Part shown: one piece after another, positions 5,750 to 14,144 of the stretch
Numbering within the stretch: the stretch's first letter is position 1
Layout: every line of letters begins with the position of its first letter
From: a virus
Direction: 5' to 3' (one strand)
DNA: 64,000 nt
IMG/VR virus record: IMGVR_UViG_3300028027_000057
Span: 1-64,000 of that record
Translations under genes and position numbers: made by a program
Notes under the pieces: model-generated
Database searches by the model: none
What the model saw: only the letters and a program-made list of their open reading frames with translations
What the model was told of the DNA's origin: nothing

Positions 5750-7600
5750 ATGAACAAGTCGAATCGTTTATTAGCAGAACTCGTAGCCTACCGAACATAT
5801 GCAAAATATCTATCACACGCTAATCGACGAGAGGCTTTAGCTGAGACTATCAATCGTAACATGACAATGCACCTTGATAAGTTCCCAACCCTAAGCCGAG
5901 ACATTATTAAAGCATATAAACAGGTACATGACCTAAAGGTTATGCCATCTATGCGATCTCTTCAGTTCGGCGGAGAAGCAATCACTAAGAACAACGTAAG
6001 GTTATTCAATTGTAGCTTTGCTCACATCAAATACGTCAGAGTCTTCGCTGAAGCCCTGTATTTACTTCTATCCGGTACAGGATTCGGCTTCTCTGTACAG
6101 CAACGCCACATTTCACAGCTACCTAGCATCAAACTCCCTAAAGAAGAGGGAACATACGTAGTTCATGACAGTATTGAGGGGTGGGCTGAGGCATTGAACC
6201 GATTAATGGAGGCATACTTCTATGGAGCCATCCGTCCATTGTTCGATCTTAGTCTTGTTCGCCAAAAAGGCAGCTATCTTGTAACGACAGGGGCAAAAGC
6301 GCCCGGTCCAGAGCCACTTCGTCAGATGTTGGTCAAAGTAGAGGCAATACTAAAGACTTGTATCGGCAGAAAGATGACTGACCTAGAGACTCATGATGTA
6401 CTTTGTCTAATTGCAGACTGTGTGCTAGCTGGAGGTATCCGTAGGGCAGCACTTATTAGTCTCTTCGACCGAGATAGCAAGCTAATGTTAACTTCCAAGC
6501 ATGGAAACTGGTGGGAGAAGCATCCTCATCGTGCACGGGCTAACAATTCAGCAGTTTTGATACGTGGACAAGTTAGTATGGAAGAATTCTACCATGTATA
6601 CGACCAATGTATCGCATCTAACGCGGGAGAACCTGGATTCTTCTGGACAAATGATCCAGAGTGGGGAACAAACCCATGTGCAGAGATTGCATTGCAGTCT
6701 AACCAGTTCTGTAACCTAACTACTACAAACTTAACGGGAATTAAGAATGACAAAGACTTCGAGAACCGCATCTACGCAGCGAGCTTCCTCGGAACGCTCC
6801 AAGCCACGTACACGGACTTCCCATACCTCAGTGAAAGGTGGAAGCAAGTCACAGAAGAAGAAGCCCTTATCGGATGCAGCTTTACTGGAATTGCTGACTC
6901 AAGCTTATTGTCTGGCGAAAGCCTCAGAGACGCTGCAAGAACAGTTCTCGACATTAATGCTAAGTATTCAAAAAAACTCGGGATCAACCCGGCAGCAAGG
7001 GCTACTGCTATTAAGCCTGAAGGAACTGCATCATGCGTTCTTGGATCAAGTAGTGGAATCCACGCAAGGCATGATCAATTTTATCTCCGTAGAGTAAGGA
7101 TGAATCGAGACGATGAACTAGCTAAGTATCTAATGCGAGTTTGTCCTGAGCTTGTAGAAGCTGATCTATTCTCACAGACAGGAGTTGTAGTAACCATCCC
7201 ACAGGAATCTCCTGCCGGCGCTGTGTTACGTAACAACGAGTCAGCTATAGAACTATTCGAGAGAGTGAAACTATACTACGAGAACTGGGTAGTGCCGGGA
7301 CATAGGTCAGGAGCTAACACACACAACGTAAGTTGTACAATTAACTATCGTCCAGAAGAAACCGAGCTACTTAAGATCAAGCTATGGCAAGATAGAGAAT
7401 CATATGCAGCGGTTGCATTGTTACCAGCAAGCGATACTATTTACCAACAAGCGCCGTTTGAAGGATGCGACGAAGCGACCTTCAAGAAGTTCGATGCAAT
7501 GGTAAAAGATATTGACTTGACAAAGGTAATGGAGATGGAAGATAATACAAACCGAGCAGAGCAGCTCAGTTGTGCAGGCGGATTATGTGAAATTTTATAA
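5750..7600 (+). CDS. nrdJ: Class II (adenosylcobalamin-dependent) ribonucleotide reductase
   Basis: FNC, GTGFGF, AGGIRRAA, TNPCAEI, KPEGT and C-terminal CAGGLC; no beta subunit nearby. Confidence 0.9.
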   Translation: MNKSNRLLAELVAYRTYAKYLSHANRREALAETINRNMTMHLDKFPTLSRDIIKAYKQVHDLKVMPSMRSLQFGGEAITKNNVRLFNCSFAHIKYVRVFAEALYLLLSGTGFGFSVQQRHISQLPSIKLPKEEGTYVVHDSIEGWAEALNRLMEAYFYGAIRPLFDLSLVRQKGSYLVTTGAKAPGPEPLRQMLVKVEAILKTCIGRKMTDLETHDVLCLIADCVLAGGIRRAALISLFDRDSKLMLTSKHGNWWEKHPHRARANNSAVLIRGQVSMEEFYHVYDQCIASNAGEPGFFWTNDPEWGTNPCAEIALQSNQFCNLTTTNLTGIKNDKDFENRIYAASFLGTLQATYTDFPYLSERWKQVTEEEALIGCSFTGIADSSLLSGESLRDAARTVLDINAKYSKKLGINPAARATAIKPEGTASCVLGSSSGIHARHDQFYLRRVRMNRDDELAKYLMRVCPELVEADLFSQTGVVVTIPQESPAGAVLRNNESAIELFERVKLYYENWVVPGHRSGANTHNVSCTINYRPEETELLKIKLWQDRESYAAVALLPASDTIYQQAPFEGCDEATFKKFDAMVKDIDLTKVMEMEDNTNRAEQLSCAGGLCEIL

Positions 7601-7608
7601 GGAGCATC

Positions 7609-8070
7609 ATGAATATATTTGTAACGTCTCCATGTCCAACAGAGTCAGCTAAGTTTCTAGACAATAAACGCAAGGTTAAAATGGCGCTAGAGTCTACTCA
7701 GATGTTAGCAACTGCATTAAATGTTCATGGAATTCACACAGGATATAAGACTGCACATCTTAATCATCCCTGTTCAATCTGGGCTAGACAGTCTAAACAA
7801 AACTGGATATGGTTGTGGGAACATGCAGTCGCTCTATGTTCAGAATATAATCGTATATATGGAAAAGAACATGCTTGTGTTAAAATGTTATACAATATGA
7901 TAGGTAATGAAGACCTATTACCAAACATTGGATTACTACCATTTAGTAATTGCGCTAGATCAAAAGAAAAAGGTATTGACTATACGGGAGTAGATGATAT
8001 ATATTTAGCTTATAAACTTTATCTCAATGATCGTTGGGATCAAGATAAACGCGAACCGGCATGGTCATAA
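7609..8070 (+). CDS. Pyrimidine-dimer DNA glycosylase (DenV/Pyr_excise-like)
   Basis: MNIF..., LD.KR..KM.LES.QML and H.NHPC.IW motifs. Confidence 0.7.
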   Translation: MNIFVTSPCPTESAKFLDNKRKVKMALESTQMLATALNVHGIHTGYKTAHLNHPCSIWARQSKQNWIWLWEHAVALCSEYNRIYGKEHACVKMLYNMIGNEDLLPNIGLLPFSNCARSKEKGIDYTGVDDIYLAYKLYLNDRWDQDKREPAWS

Positions 8071-8396
8071 TGAAAAGTAATAAGATGCACGTCAACGGTA
8101 AAGAAGAGGTATGGACTGACTCTCAAATGAGAGAGTGGTATGAAGATCATTGTATTGCTCTTACACAGCAGCTCTATAATAGAAACGCTACTGTTCGTAA
8201 GTTAGTAAAAGATTACAAAATTCTACAACAAGCTCACGAATATTTACAGCAAGCCTACACTAATGAGATGCTTAAGACCGCAGAGTTACAGCAAGCATAT
8301 ACTAACGAGATGCTTTGGAATGGAGAGTTATCTGAGGCACTTAAAAAGCAAAACCAAATCGTATCATTGCTAAAGGATAAAGATGAAAAGATCTGA
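8061..8396 (+). CDS. Coiled-coil hypothetical protein with internal duplication
   Basis: LQQAYTNEML occurs twice. Confidence 0.55.
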   Translation: MVIMKSNKMHVNGKEEVWTDSQMREWYEDHCIALTQQLYNRNATVRKLVKDYKILQQAHEYLQQAYTNEMLKTAELQQAYTNEMLWNGELSEALKKQNQIVSLLKDKDEKI

Positions 8397-8583
8397 AGCA
8401 CTAGAAGAAATACGCAAGGTACTTGCTATGAATGGCAAGGACAATGGAATGGGAGAACTTGAAGAAGCGGTGCTTCATACTGTAGAAAGTATTGGTATGC
8501 TTCCTCCTCCAGACTATACAGAAACTTATTATTCTGGAGATGAAGCGGGCGGATATCATCCTAACTTCTGGGAGGAAGAATAA
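8383..8583 (+). CDS. Hypothetical protein
   Basis: ORF with AAGGA SD. Confidence 0.5.
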   Translation: MKRSEALEEIRKVLAMNGKDNGMGELEEAVLHTVESIGMLPPPDYTETYYSGDEAGGYHPNFWEEE

Positions 8584-8584
8584 T

Positions 8585-9211
8585 ATGAAGATTACATGCA
8601 TATCGGATACGCATCAACATCATAAGAAGATCAAGATGCCTAGTACTGATATGATTATATGCGCCGGAGACTTTACATATCACGGAGAACTAGAAGAAGT
8701 ACAGAAGTTCCTTAAATGGTATGGACAACAGAAAGCCAAACATAAGATTCTAGTATGTGGTAATCACGAGAAATGGATTAGCCAACAAGGTGATCTACTT
8801 AAGTTACTATGTGAGAACGAAGGTATCAAACTACTACATAACTCATATACTACAATCGAAGGACTTACAATCTGGGGGTCTCCTTACTCTAAGAAGTTTG
8901 GAGCATGGGCATACGGACTAGACGAGACAGACCTAGCCAACCTATACGATACTATCTTACCCACTACTGACATAGTAGTAACACATGGACCGGCTTACGA
9001 TAGACTGGACTGGTGTCCGAATGGTAAGGTAGGAAGCACAGCATTGGCTCACCGACTAGACGAGCTTAGTAATTTAAAGCTACATATCACTGGACATATA
9101 CATGAAAGTCGTGGTACTCTATTACGGAACGGGGTGTTAACAGTTAACGCTTCTATTTGTGGTATACCATATTCAGATGTGATTTACAATCCAATCACGG
9201 TGGAGTTATAA
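8585..9211 (+). CDS. Metallophosphoesterase (MPPED-like)
   Basis: SDTH, AGD, GNHE, THGP and GHIHE; likely start ATG 8585 after GGAGG. Confidence 0.85.
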   Translation: MKITCISDTHQHHKKIKMPSTDMIICAGDFTYHGELEEVQKFLKWYGQQKAKHKILVCGNHEKWISQQGDLLKLLCENEGIKLLHNSYTTIEGLTIWGSPYSKKFGAWAYGLDETDLANLYDTILPTTDIVVTHGPAYDRLDWCPNGKVGSTALAHRLDELSNLKLHITGHIHESRGTLLRNGVLTVNASICGIPYSDVIYNPITVEL

Positions 9212-9549
9212 TGCTAAGACTATTATCTATACTTGTAGTATTCCTAATTTTAATACAATATGTTAAAGCTGAGACTAGATTTCCAACGGATAAGGTACAA
9301 CACATAGAAGGAAAGAGACTATATGTATTATATTGCACTCGCTGTCATAACGCTAATCCTAGCAACGCTGGCTCTATCGGTCCAGAGTTATACACAACTC
9401 CAAGTAATGTCTTCAGAACGAAAGTGCCAGAAGGAAAATATCCGAGCGGGTATACACCCAAGAGACGTACGAAGATCATGCCGAAGTTTCCGCAGTTAAA
9501 AGATAAAACTGATTTGATATATAACTATATCAGGAGCACAAAGAAATGA
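9211..9549 (+). CDS. Secreted monoheme c-type cytochrome
   Basis: Signal peptide, G..LY...CTRCH heme motif, GPEL and distal MP axial Met; GGAG SD before ATG 9211. Confidence 0.8.
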   Translation: MLRLLSILVVFLILIQYVKAETRFPTDKVQHIEGKRLYVLYCTRCHNANPSNAGSIGPELYTTPSNVFRTKVPEGKYPSGYTPKRRTKIMPKFPQLKDKTDLIYNYIRSTKK

Positions 9550-9656
9550 GTGAGACAGTAGGATCAGTATGTTGTAAAGAAGAATGTATAGGAACTGAAT
9601 ACGAATGTGCTTGCCAAACTTGCGTAGCTCGTGATAAAGTAAAGCAAGAGGAGTAA
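9546..9656 (+). CDS. Cys-rich microprotein (36 aa, 6 Cys)
   Basis: MSETVGSVCCKEECIGTEYECACQTCVARDKVKQEE*; ATGA-coupled to the cytochrome c gene. Confidence 0.5.
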   Translation: MSETVGSVCCKEECIGTEYECACQTCVARDKVKQEE

Positions 9657-9658
9657 GT

Positions 9659-10036
9659 ATGACACAATTCCATCATGTTCGTAAGTATACCCTAACTAGT
9701 TTTTATACTGTCATGGAGATTGAAGAAATAAATCCCCGCGGTGGGAAAACGATAGCCATGGAAGATATCGAACCTTGGTTGTTAAATCAATTAACAGTGG
9801 GAGACTTCTTCACTAGACGAGTCGGAGTAGCTCGTTGTTCAGACGAAGAGAACTATAATAAGAAGACCGGCAGAGAACTAGCTGAGTCTAGAATGAAACC
9901 AGTAGTACTTACTGTCCTAGCTAAGAATGACTTCGGATCAATTGTAGTGGCGGCACTTAAAGACGATAAAGGAAATGTATACGGACTAGAGCTTAAGAAA
10001 GGCGCTAAGTCAGTACATTTTGTAGCTTATGAATAA
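9659..10036 (+). CDS. Conserved-looking phage hypothetical protein
   Basis: ARCS.EENYNKKTGRELA motif; GAGGAG SD. Confidence 0.55.
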   Translation: MTQFHHVRKYTLTSFYTVMEIEEINPRGGKTIAMEDIEPWLLNQLTVGDFFTRRVGVARCSDEENYNKKTGRELAESRMKPVVLTVLAKNDFGSIVVAALKDDKGNVYGLELKKGAKSVHFVAYE

Positions 10037-10052
10037 CATAGTAGGTAATTAA

Positions 10053-10316
10053 ATGACTGGAACACAACTAATTGAATTCATCCTATCTAATAATCTACAA
10101 TTAGAGGAACTTAAACTAGAATACTTTTCTCATGAAAGAAAGCTAAAGTTCTGCGGTGGGTGTCAAAGTAATGTATCTCTATCTGATTACCATCAAGGTA
10201 CGTCAGGGGCAGATGAAAGCACGTCATCACATTACCGCTTTATTTGTAAAGCTTGTTTCAATAAAAAGAGTTATCACAAACGATATAAAACTGTAGAAGA
10301 AACGGGGCTATTCTAA
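10053..10316 (+). CDS. Zn-finger hypothetical protein
   Basis: CGGC...CKAC. Confidence 0.5.
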   Translation: MTGTQLIEFILSNNLQLEELKLEYFSHERKLKFCGGCQSNVSLSDYHQGTSGADESTSSHYRFICKACFNKKSYHKRYKTVEETGLF

Positions 10317-10960
10317 TGAGTTACTATGACAAGTATGGAAGAATCCATCACAAGTATTGCATCAACGGAGAACCTAGCTCAAACAATGGGTGGATTTATA
10401 CTGCGTATGCAGCTAAGCTCGGTCTTGCGGTCGATAAAGAAAAATTGTCTAAATGTTTTAATGAGTGTCTTGTTATAGGATTGGGAAAGGACGGACACAC
10501 ACATCATCTCATGCGATCCCCTGGCAAACCGCTTCCCCCTATCAGTCGGGACGAGATACTGGGGATGGCGGAGTTGGGACTGTTGCAACCGAAGCATTTG
10601 GACGGATGGAACTTCAGTCCGTATCCTATTCCTAGATTCAATCCTATCAAACTAGCTCAGCAATTATGGGACCTTAGGCCTAGCTTAAACAGACATCGCA
10701 ATTACTTCTGGCAGAATAATCTAGATCAGATGTATCGCTTTGCATTTTCAGTCCCACTGTCAGATAGACATTTCATTCTACAACAATTTGGTAAGTTTAA
10801 TCTTATATACTGGGCGATTGCAAAAATAGACTCTATGATTGGTAAACCTAGTGGGATTGGATACTTGAAGTACGGGAAGAGTTTAGAAGGTATGCAAGAA
10901 GAGTTCCCTGAAGATCATCCCCTAAGAAAAAGTTTGACAACAGAACATTCAGTATGTTAA
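10316..10960 (+). CDS. Hypothetical protein
   Basis: 214-aa ORF, TAATG-coupled. Confidence 0.6.
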   Translation: MSYYDKYGRIHHKYCINGEPSSNNGWIYTAYAAKLGLAVDKEKLSKCFNECLVIGLGKDGHTHHLMRSPGKPLPPISRDEILGMAELGLLQPKHLDGWNFSPYPIPRFNPIKLAQQLWDLRPSLNRHRNYFWQNNLDQMYRFAFSVPLSDRHFILQQFGKFNLIYWAIAKIDSMIGKPSGIGYLKYGKSLEGMQEEFPEDHPLRKSLTTEHSVC

Positions 10961-10963
10961 TAT
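10934..10963 (+). promoter_or_regulatory. Sigma70-type promoter
   Basis: TTGACA-N18-TAATAT with extended TG. Confidence 0.55.
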
Positions 10964-10979
10964 TTATTTAGGAGATTGT

Positions 10980-11348
10980 ATGTCTGAAGAACTAAGCACG
11001 GAAGTTTGTGCGCTTACTGTCTGGGAAAACATGGAAGCTGGAGTTGTACGAGAAGAATTCCTAGCTAAAATACCCGAAGAGTTTAGAGATCAATACGAGG
11101 ATATTGCAGTTAAGCTAGAAGATAACTTCTCTGAGATGTTAGCTGCGATTGAAAAACGAGTACAGGAAGTAATAGACTCAGTACTCCGTAGAGGAGACGC
11201 GACTGATCTCAGGAAGAAAGTAGGGCTATACTTGAAAGAGAATGATAACGAGCTAAACCAATTCGTATTTCCTACAGTATTAGGTAAACATGAAGTAGTA
11301 GTTAAAATGATTATGAGAGAGATCAAACCACACGCAAATCACATATAG
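10980..11348 (+). CDS. Hypothetical protein resembling the C-terminal helical domain of Rnl1-like RNA ligases
   Basis: VWE.ME.G...FLAKIPEEF pattern; no ligase catalytic motifs. Confidence 0.4.
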   Translation: MSEELSTEVCALTVWENMEAGVVREEFLAKIPEEFRDQYEDIAVKLEDNFSEMLAAIEKRVQEVIDSVLRRGDATDLRKKVGLYLKENDNELNQFVFPTVLGKHEVVVKMIMREIKPHANHI

Positions 11349-11356
11349 GAGTTACA

Positions 11357-11551
11357 ATGGAATTAATCATGACGATAGCAATACTCTGTCAGGTATCAGC
11401 TGGAAAGGAAGTACCATTGTTAGGTTACCTACATAACAAGATAGATAAGGATCAATTACAATGTCAGCAATCATATATCCATTGTGTCAATACTAAGTCA
11501 ACAACCAAACCAGAGTCATTAGAACGATGTATCCTAGAGAGAAAGATATAA
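11357..11551 (+). CDS. Small secreted Cys-containing protein
   Basis: Hydrophobic N-terminus, 4 Cys; AGGAG SD. Confidence 0.5.
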   Translation: MELIMTIAILCQVSAGKEVPLLGYLHNKIDKDQLQCQQSYIHCVNTKSTTKPESLERCILERKI

Positions 11552-11590
11552 TATAAATACGGCAGTTTGGTAGAGTCATTGGAAACTATC

Positions 11591-11621
11591 TGACAGCCCG
11601 GAAAGACGGGCATTTTTTTTT
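11591..11621 (+). terminator. TGACA-GCCCG/GAAAGA/CGGGC hairpin plus U-tract
   Basis: 5-bp GC stem followed by A and T9; covarying copy at 17103. Confidence 0.7.
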
Positions 11622-11622
11622 C

Positions 11623-11651
11623 TTGACAACATTATAAACTTAATGTATACT
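11623..11651 (+). promoter_or_regulatory. Sigma70-type promoter
   Basis: TTGACA-N17-TATACT. Confidence 0.75.
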
Positions 11652-11668
11652 TCTTTCAAGGAGAACAT

Positions 11669-12322
11669 ATGAGTTCAAAGCATAGAAAATCAATTCACTT
11701 TACATCAGACTGGCACATAGGACACGCAAACTCTATTAACTTTGACGATAGACCATTTAAAGACCTAGATCATATGCACAGAGTTTTGATTAATAACTAC
11801 AATGCACAAGTTCCAGTAGATGGACTTTGTTATTTCCTAGGAGATATTGGACTTTCTTCCAGTGAAACAGTAGAAAAAGTATTGTCTAAGCTCAATGGAA
11901 CTAAAGTTCTAGTATTAGGGAACCACGATAAGAAGTTTAATGCTATGTACCAACTAGGGTTTGACGTTGTGTTGAACGGAGCTACCATTTACATCTCCGG
12001 AGAACGAGTAACAATGACACACTGTCCTTTACGTGGAGTGTTCCGTGAAAACACAGAACATATGAATAGTGCTTACTCTTCAAAGGATTTTGCAGAAGGA
12101 CTTAAAGATGAGAACTGGCACGGTGAGCATAAGCAGATTGCTTTTTCTTGTGAAGACGAGGGGCAATTTCACCTTCACGGACATATCCACTCTGGACCAG
12201 CGAATACTAAAAAACGAATAGATGGTCGCCAATTGGACGTAGGTGCTCCGGGTAATAAATATCGTCCACTCAGTATATCAGAAATAGAATCTTGGATCGC
12301 AACTACTAAACAAGGGGAATAA
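11669..12322 (+). CDS. Calcineurin-like metallophosphoesterase
   Basis: SDWH.GH, LGD, GNHD, H.P and HGHIH. Confidence 0.85.
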   Translation: MSSKHRKSIHFTSDWHIGHANSINFDDRPFKDLDHMHRVLINNYNAQVPVDGLCYFLGDIGLSSSETVEKVLSKLNGTKVLVLGNHDKKFNAMYQLGFDVVLNGATIYISGERVTMTHCPLRGVFRENTEHMNSAYSSKDFAEGLKDENWHGEHKQIAFSCEDEGQFHLHGHIHSGPANTKKRIDGRQLDVGAPGNKYRPLSISEIESWIATTKQGE

Positions 12323-12474
12323 ATGAACATCGAAAGCAACGTCAACCTACTACTAGATCAATTAGATAAAGCAGTAGAAGAAGAAGATACAGTAACAGTC
12401 TTTAAAATCGGACAAGCTATTGAAGCATTGCTAGAACAATTAACTACAGACACAATCCAAGTCAGGACTTTACA

Positions 12475-12741
12475 ATGAGCGAAGCAGAGCTAGAAATAGC
12501 CCGCAACCTAGGAGCTAGTAGCTTTCTAGTGTATAGTTTTATAAAGAACTTCCCCGATGGTTCAGCTACTGATATAGAAGTCAGTACTGGACTATCGAGA
12601 GGATGCATAGATCAGACTTTAAAAAAACTAAGCGACACTAATATTCTCAACAAGAGAAAGAGTAACTATGGTAGTCCTAGAGTTTATTTATACACAACAA
12701 ATAAAGGCTTGACAAACGATGAGCAAACGAACTATAATTAA
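12475..12741 (+). CDS. Winged-HTH DNA-binding protein
   Basis: S.TDIEVSTGLSRG.I...LKKL helix-turn-helix pattern with wing. Confidence 0.6.
   Translation: MSEAELEIARNLGASSFLVYSFIKNFPDGSATDIEVSTGLSRGCIDQTLKKLSDTNILNKRKSNYGSPRVYLYTTNKGLTNDEQTNYN
12709..12738 (+). promoter_or_regulatory. Sigma70-type promoter
   Basis: TTGACA-N18-TATAAT inside the 3' end of the HTH gene. Confidence 0.6.
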
Positions 12742-12859
12742 AGTACCAGCTCCTAAGATCAGGAGACCAGTGGCTAATAAGCCTAACGTAACAATGAAGT
12801 CTAAGAAAGACTATAGAAGGAAACCAAAACATGCGAACGATGACGGAAAAGATGCGTAG
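12719..12859 (+). CDS. Small basic protein, ArfA-like motif (46 aa)
   Basis: MSKRTIIKVPAPKIRRPVANKPNVTMKSKKDYRRKPKHANDDGKDA*. Confidence 0.4.
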   Translation: MSKRTIIKVPAPKIRRPVANKPNVTMKSKKDYRRKPKHANDDGKDA

Positions 12860-13106
12860 GAGTCGTTCCTATAAAAAGAACAAAGAAGTAACATTCTCTC
12901 TGAACTTTACAAAGTACGGAGAGTATAAGTGTGAGTGTTGCAGCAGAGCCCCTCTTTATAGAAATAAGTCAGGAGAGTCACACTCTTTTGCAAACACCGC
13001 GACTGTAGACCATATCTTAGATTTATCTAAAGGTGGATCAAACGACATTAGTAATTTGCGAGTTCTTTGTTTTGAATGCAACAATGACAAATCGAATAAG
13101 GTATAA
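12831..13106 (+). CDS. HNH endonuclease
   Basis: CECC...ATVDHI...GG.N...NL..LC..CN..K. Confidence 0.85.
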   Translation: MRTMTEKMRRSRSYKKNKEVTFSLNFTKYGEYKCECCSRAPLYRNKSGESHSFANTATVDHILDLSKGGSNDISNLRVLCFECNNDKSNKV

Positions 13107-13829
13107 ATGAGATTACTTAATTTATTATTAGCAACGACTATCTTCTTTCTTTTAATAAATATTAAAGTATCTCAAACTCCAGTCAGAGAAAAGGTATTCA
13201 TCCCTTATGTAGAAAGTCTATGTGTTGCTCTAAAAGAAAGAGGACATTCCTGTAGATTAATAGAAACAGTATCTATTAGAAAAGCAGTGCTATCTAAGAA
13301 ACTAGCAGGGCTTTATCACCCACTAGCACACGACATACTAATCAGTACTGAAGTGTGGGATAGGTCAAGCGATGAAGTAAGAGAGCAGTTAGTATATCAT
13401 GAACTAGGTCACGCGCTAGGGTTAGACCATATAGAGTATGGAATTATGCAGTCCGGTGGATTTATTAACGATACATTTTATAAAAGATACAGAGATATGT
13501 TTATTGAAGAAATGCTAGGAGAACTAGCATTAACACCTAAGGAGAAGCTAGTGACAAAAGCAGATGTGCTAAATAACAAACATGCTGTAGTGCGATTTAC
13601 TGCAACATGGTGTCCTCCTTGTAAAGCTCTAGCTCCAATCTTTGATGAAGTCGCGGCTGCAAATCCAGACGTTGTAACGTATGTTATAGACGTAGATCAG
13701 AACATGGACCTAGCTAGGGATATGGGAGTCAGAGGATTGCCGACGATGATTCAAATCAAGGATAATGCAGTGTCGACATCTCTTGTTGGCTTGCAGTCTA
13801 AAACTGAAGTAGAGAAGCTATTCAAATGA
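13107..13829 (+). CDS. Signal peptide + metzincin Zn-protease fused to thioredoxin
   Basis: HELGHALGLDH with GIM Met-turn; C-terminal WCPPC and GLPT thioredoxin motifs; internal SD+GTG at 13551. Confidence 0.8.
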   Translation: MRLLNLLLATTIFFLLINIKVSQTPVREKVFIPYVESLCVALKERGHSCRLIETVSIRKAVLSKKLAGLYHPLAHDILISTEVWDRSSDEVREQLVYHELGHALGLDHIEYGIMQSGGFINDTFYKRYRDMFIEEMLGELALTPKEKLVTKADVLNNKHAVVRFTATWCPPCKALAPIFDEVAAANPDVVTYVIDVDQNMDLARDMGVRGLPTMIQIKDNAVSTSLVGLQSKTEVEKLFK

Positions 13830-13958
13830 AAACAGAACGCCAGATGTACGAAGAATACCTAGACGCACAATACAAACGACTGAACGAATTAATTGAAGAA
13901 AGAGCTAAGGTTGAGAAAGATATTGACAATGTAACGACATTAATGTTAAAGTGTCCTT

Positions 13959-14144
13959 ATGTTGTACCACAAGACGATTAATTCATTCTTTGTTTCTATT
14001 GTTCGGATCAAGTATCAGAACGATAATTATGTTAAATGTCATCTAAGATATTTTAACAAAGGGTCTAACCGACTTATAACAGAAGAACGTAATGTTAAAA
14101 TTATGAAGTCTGCTATGAAACACTGGGAAGTATATGACAATTAG
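13959..14144 (+). CDS. Hypothetical protein
   Basis: ORF track. Confidence 0.4.
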   Translation: MLYHKTINSFFVSIVRIKYQNDNYVKCHLRYFNKGSNRLITEERNVKIMKSAMKHWEVYDN

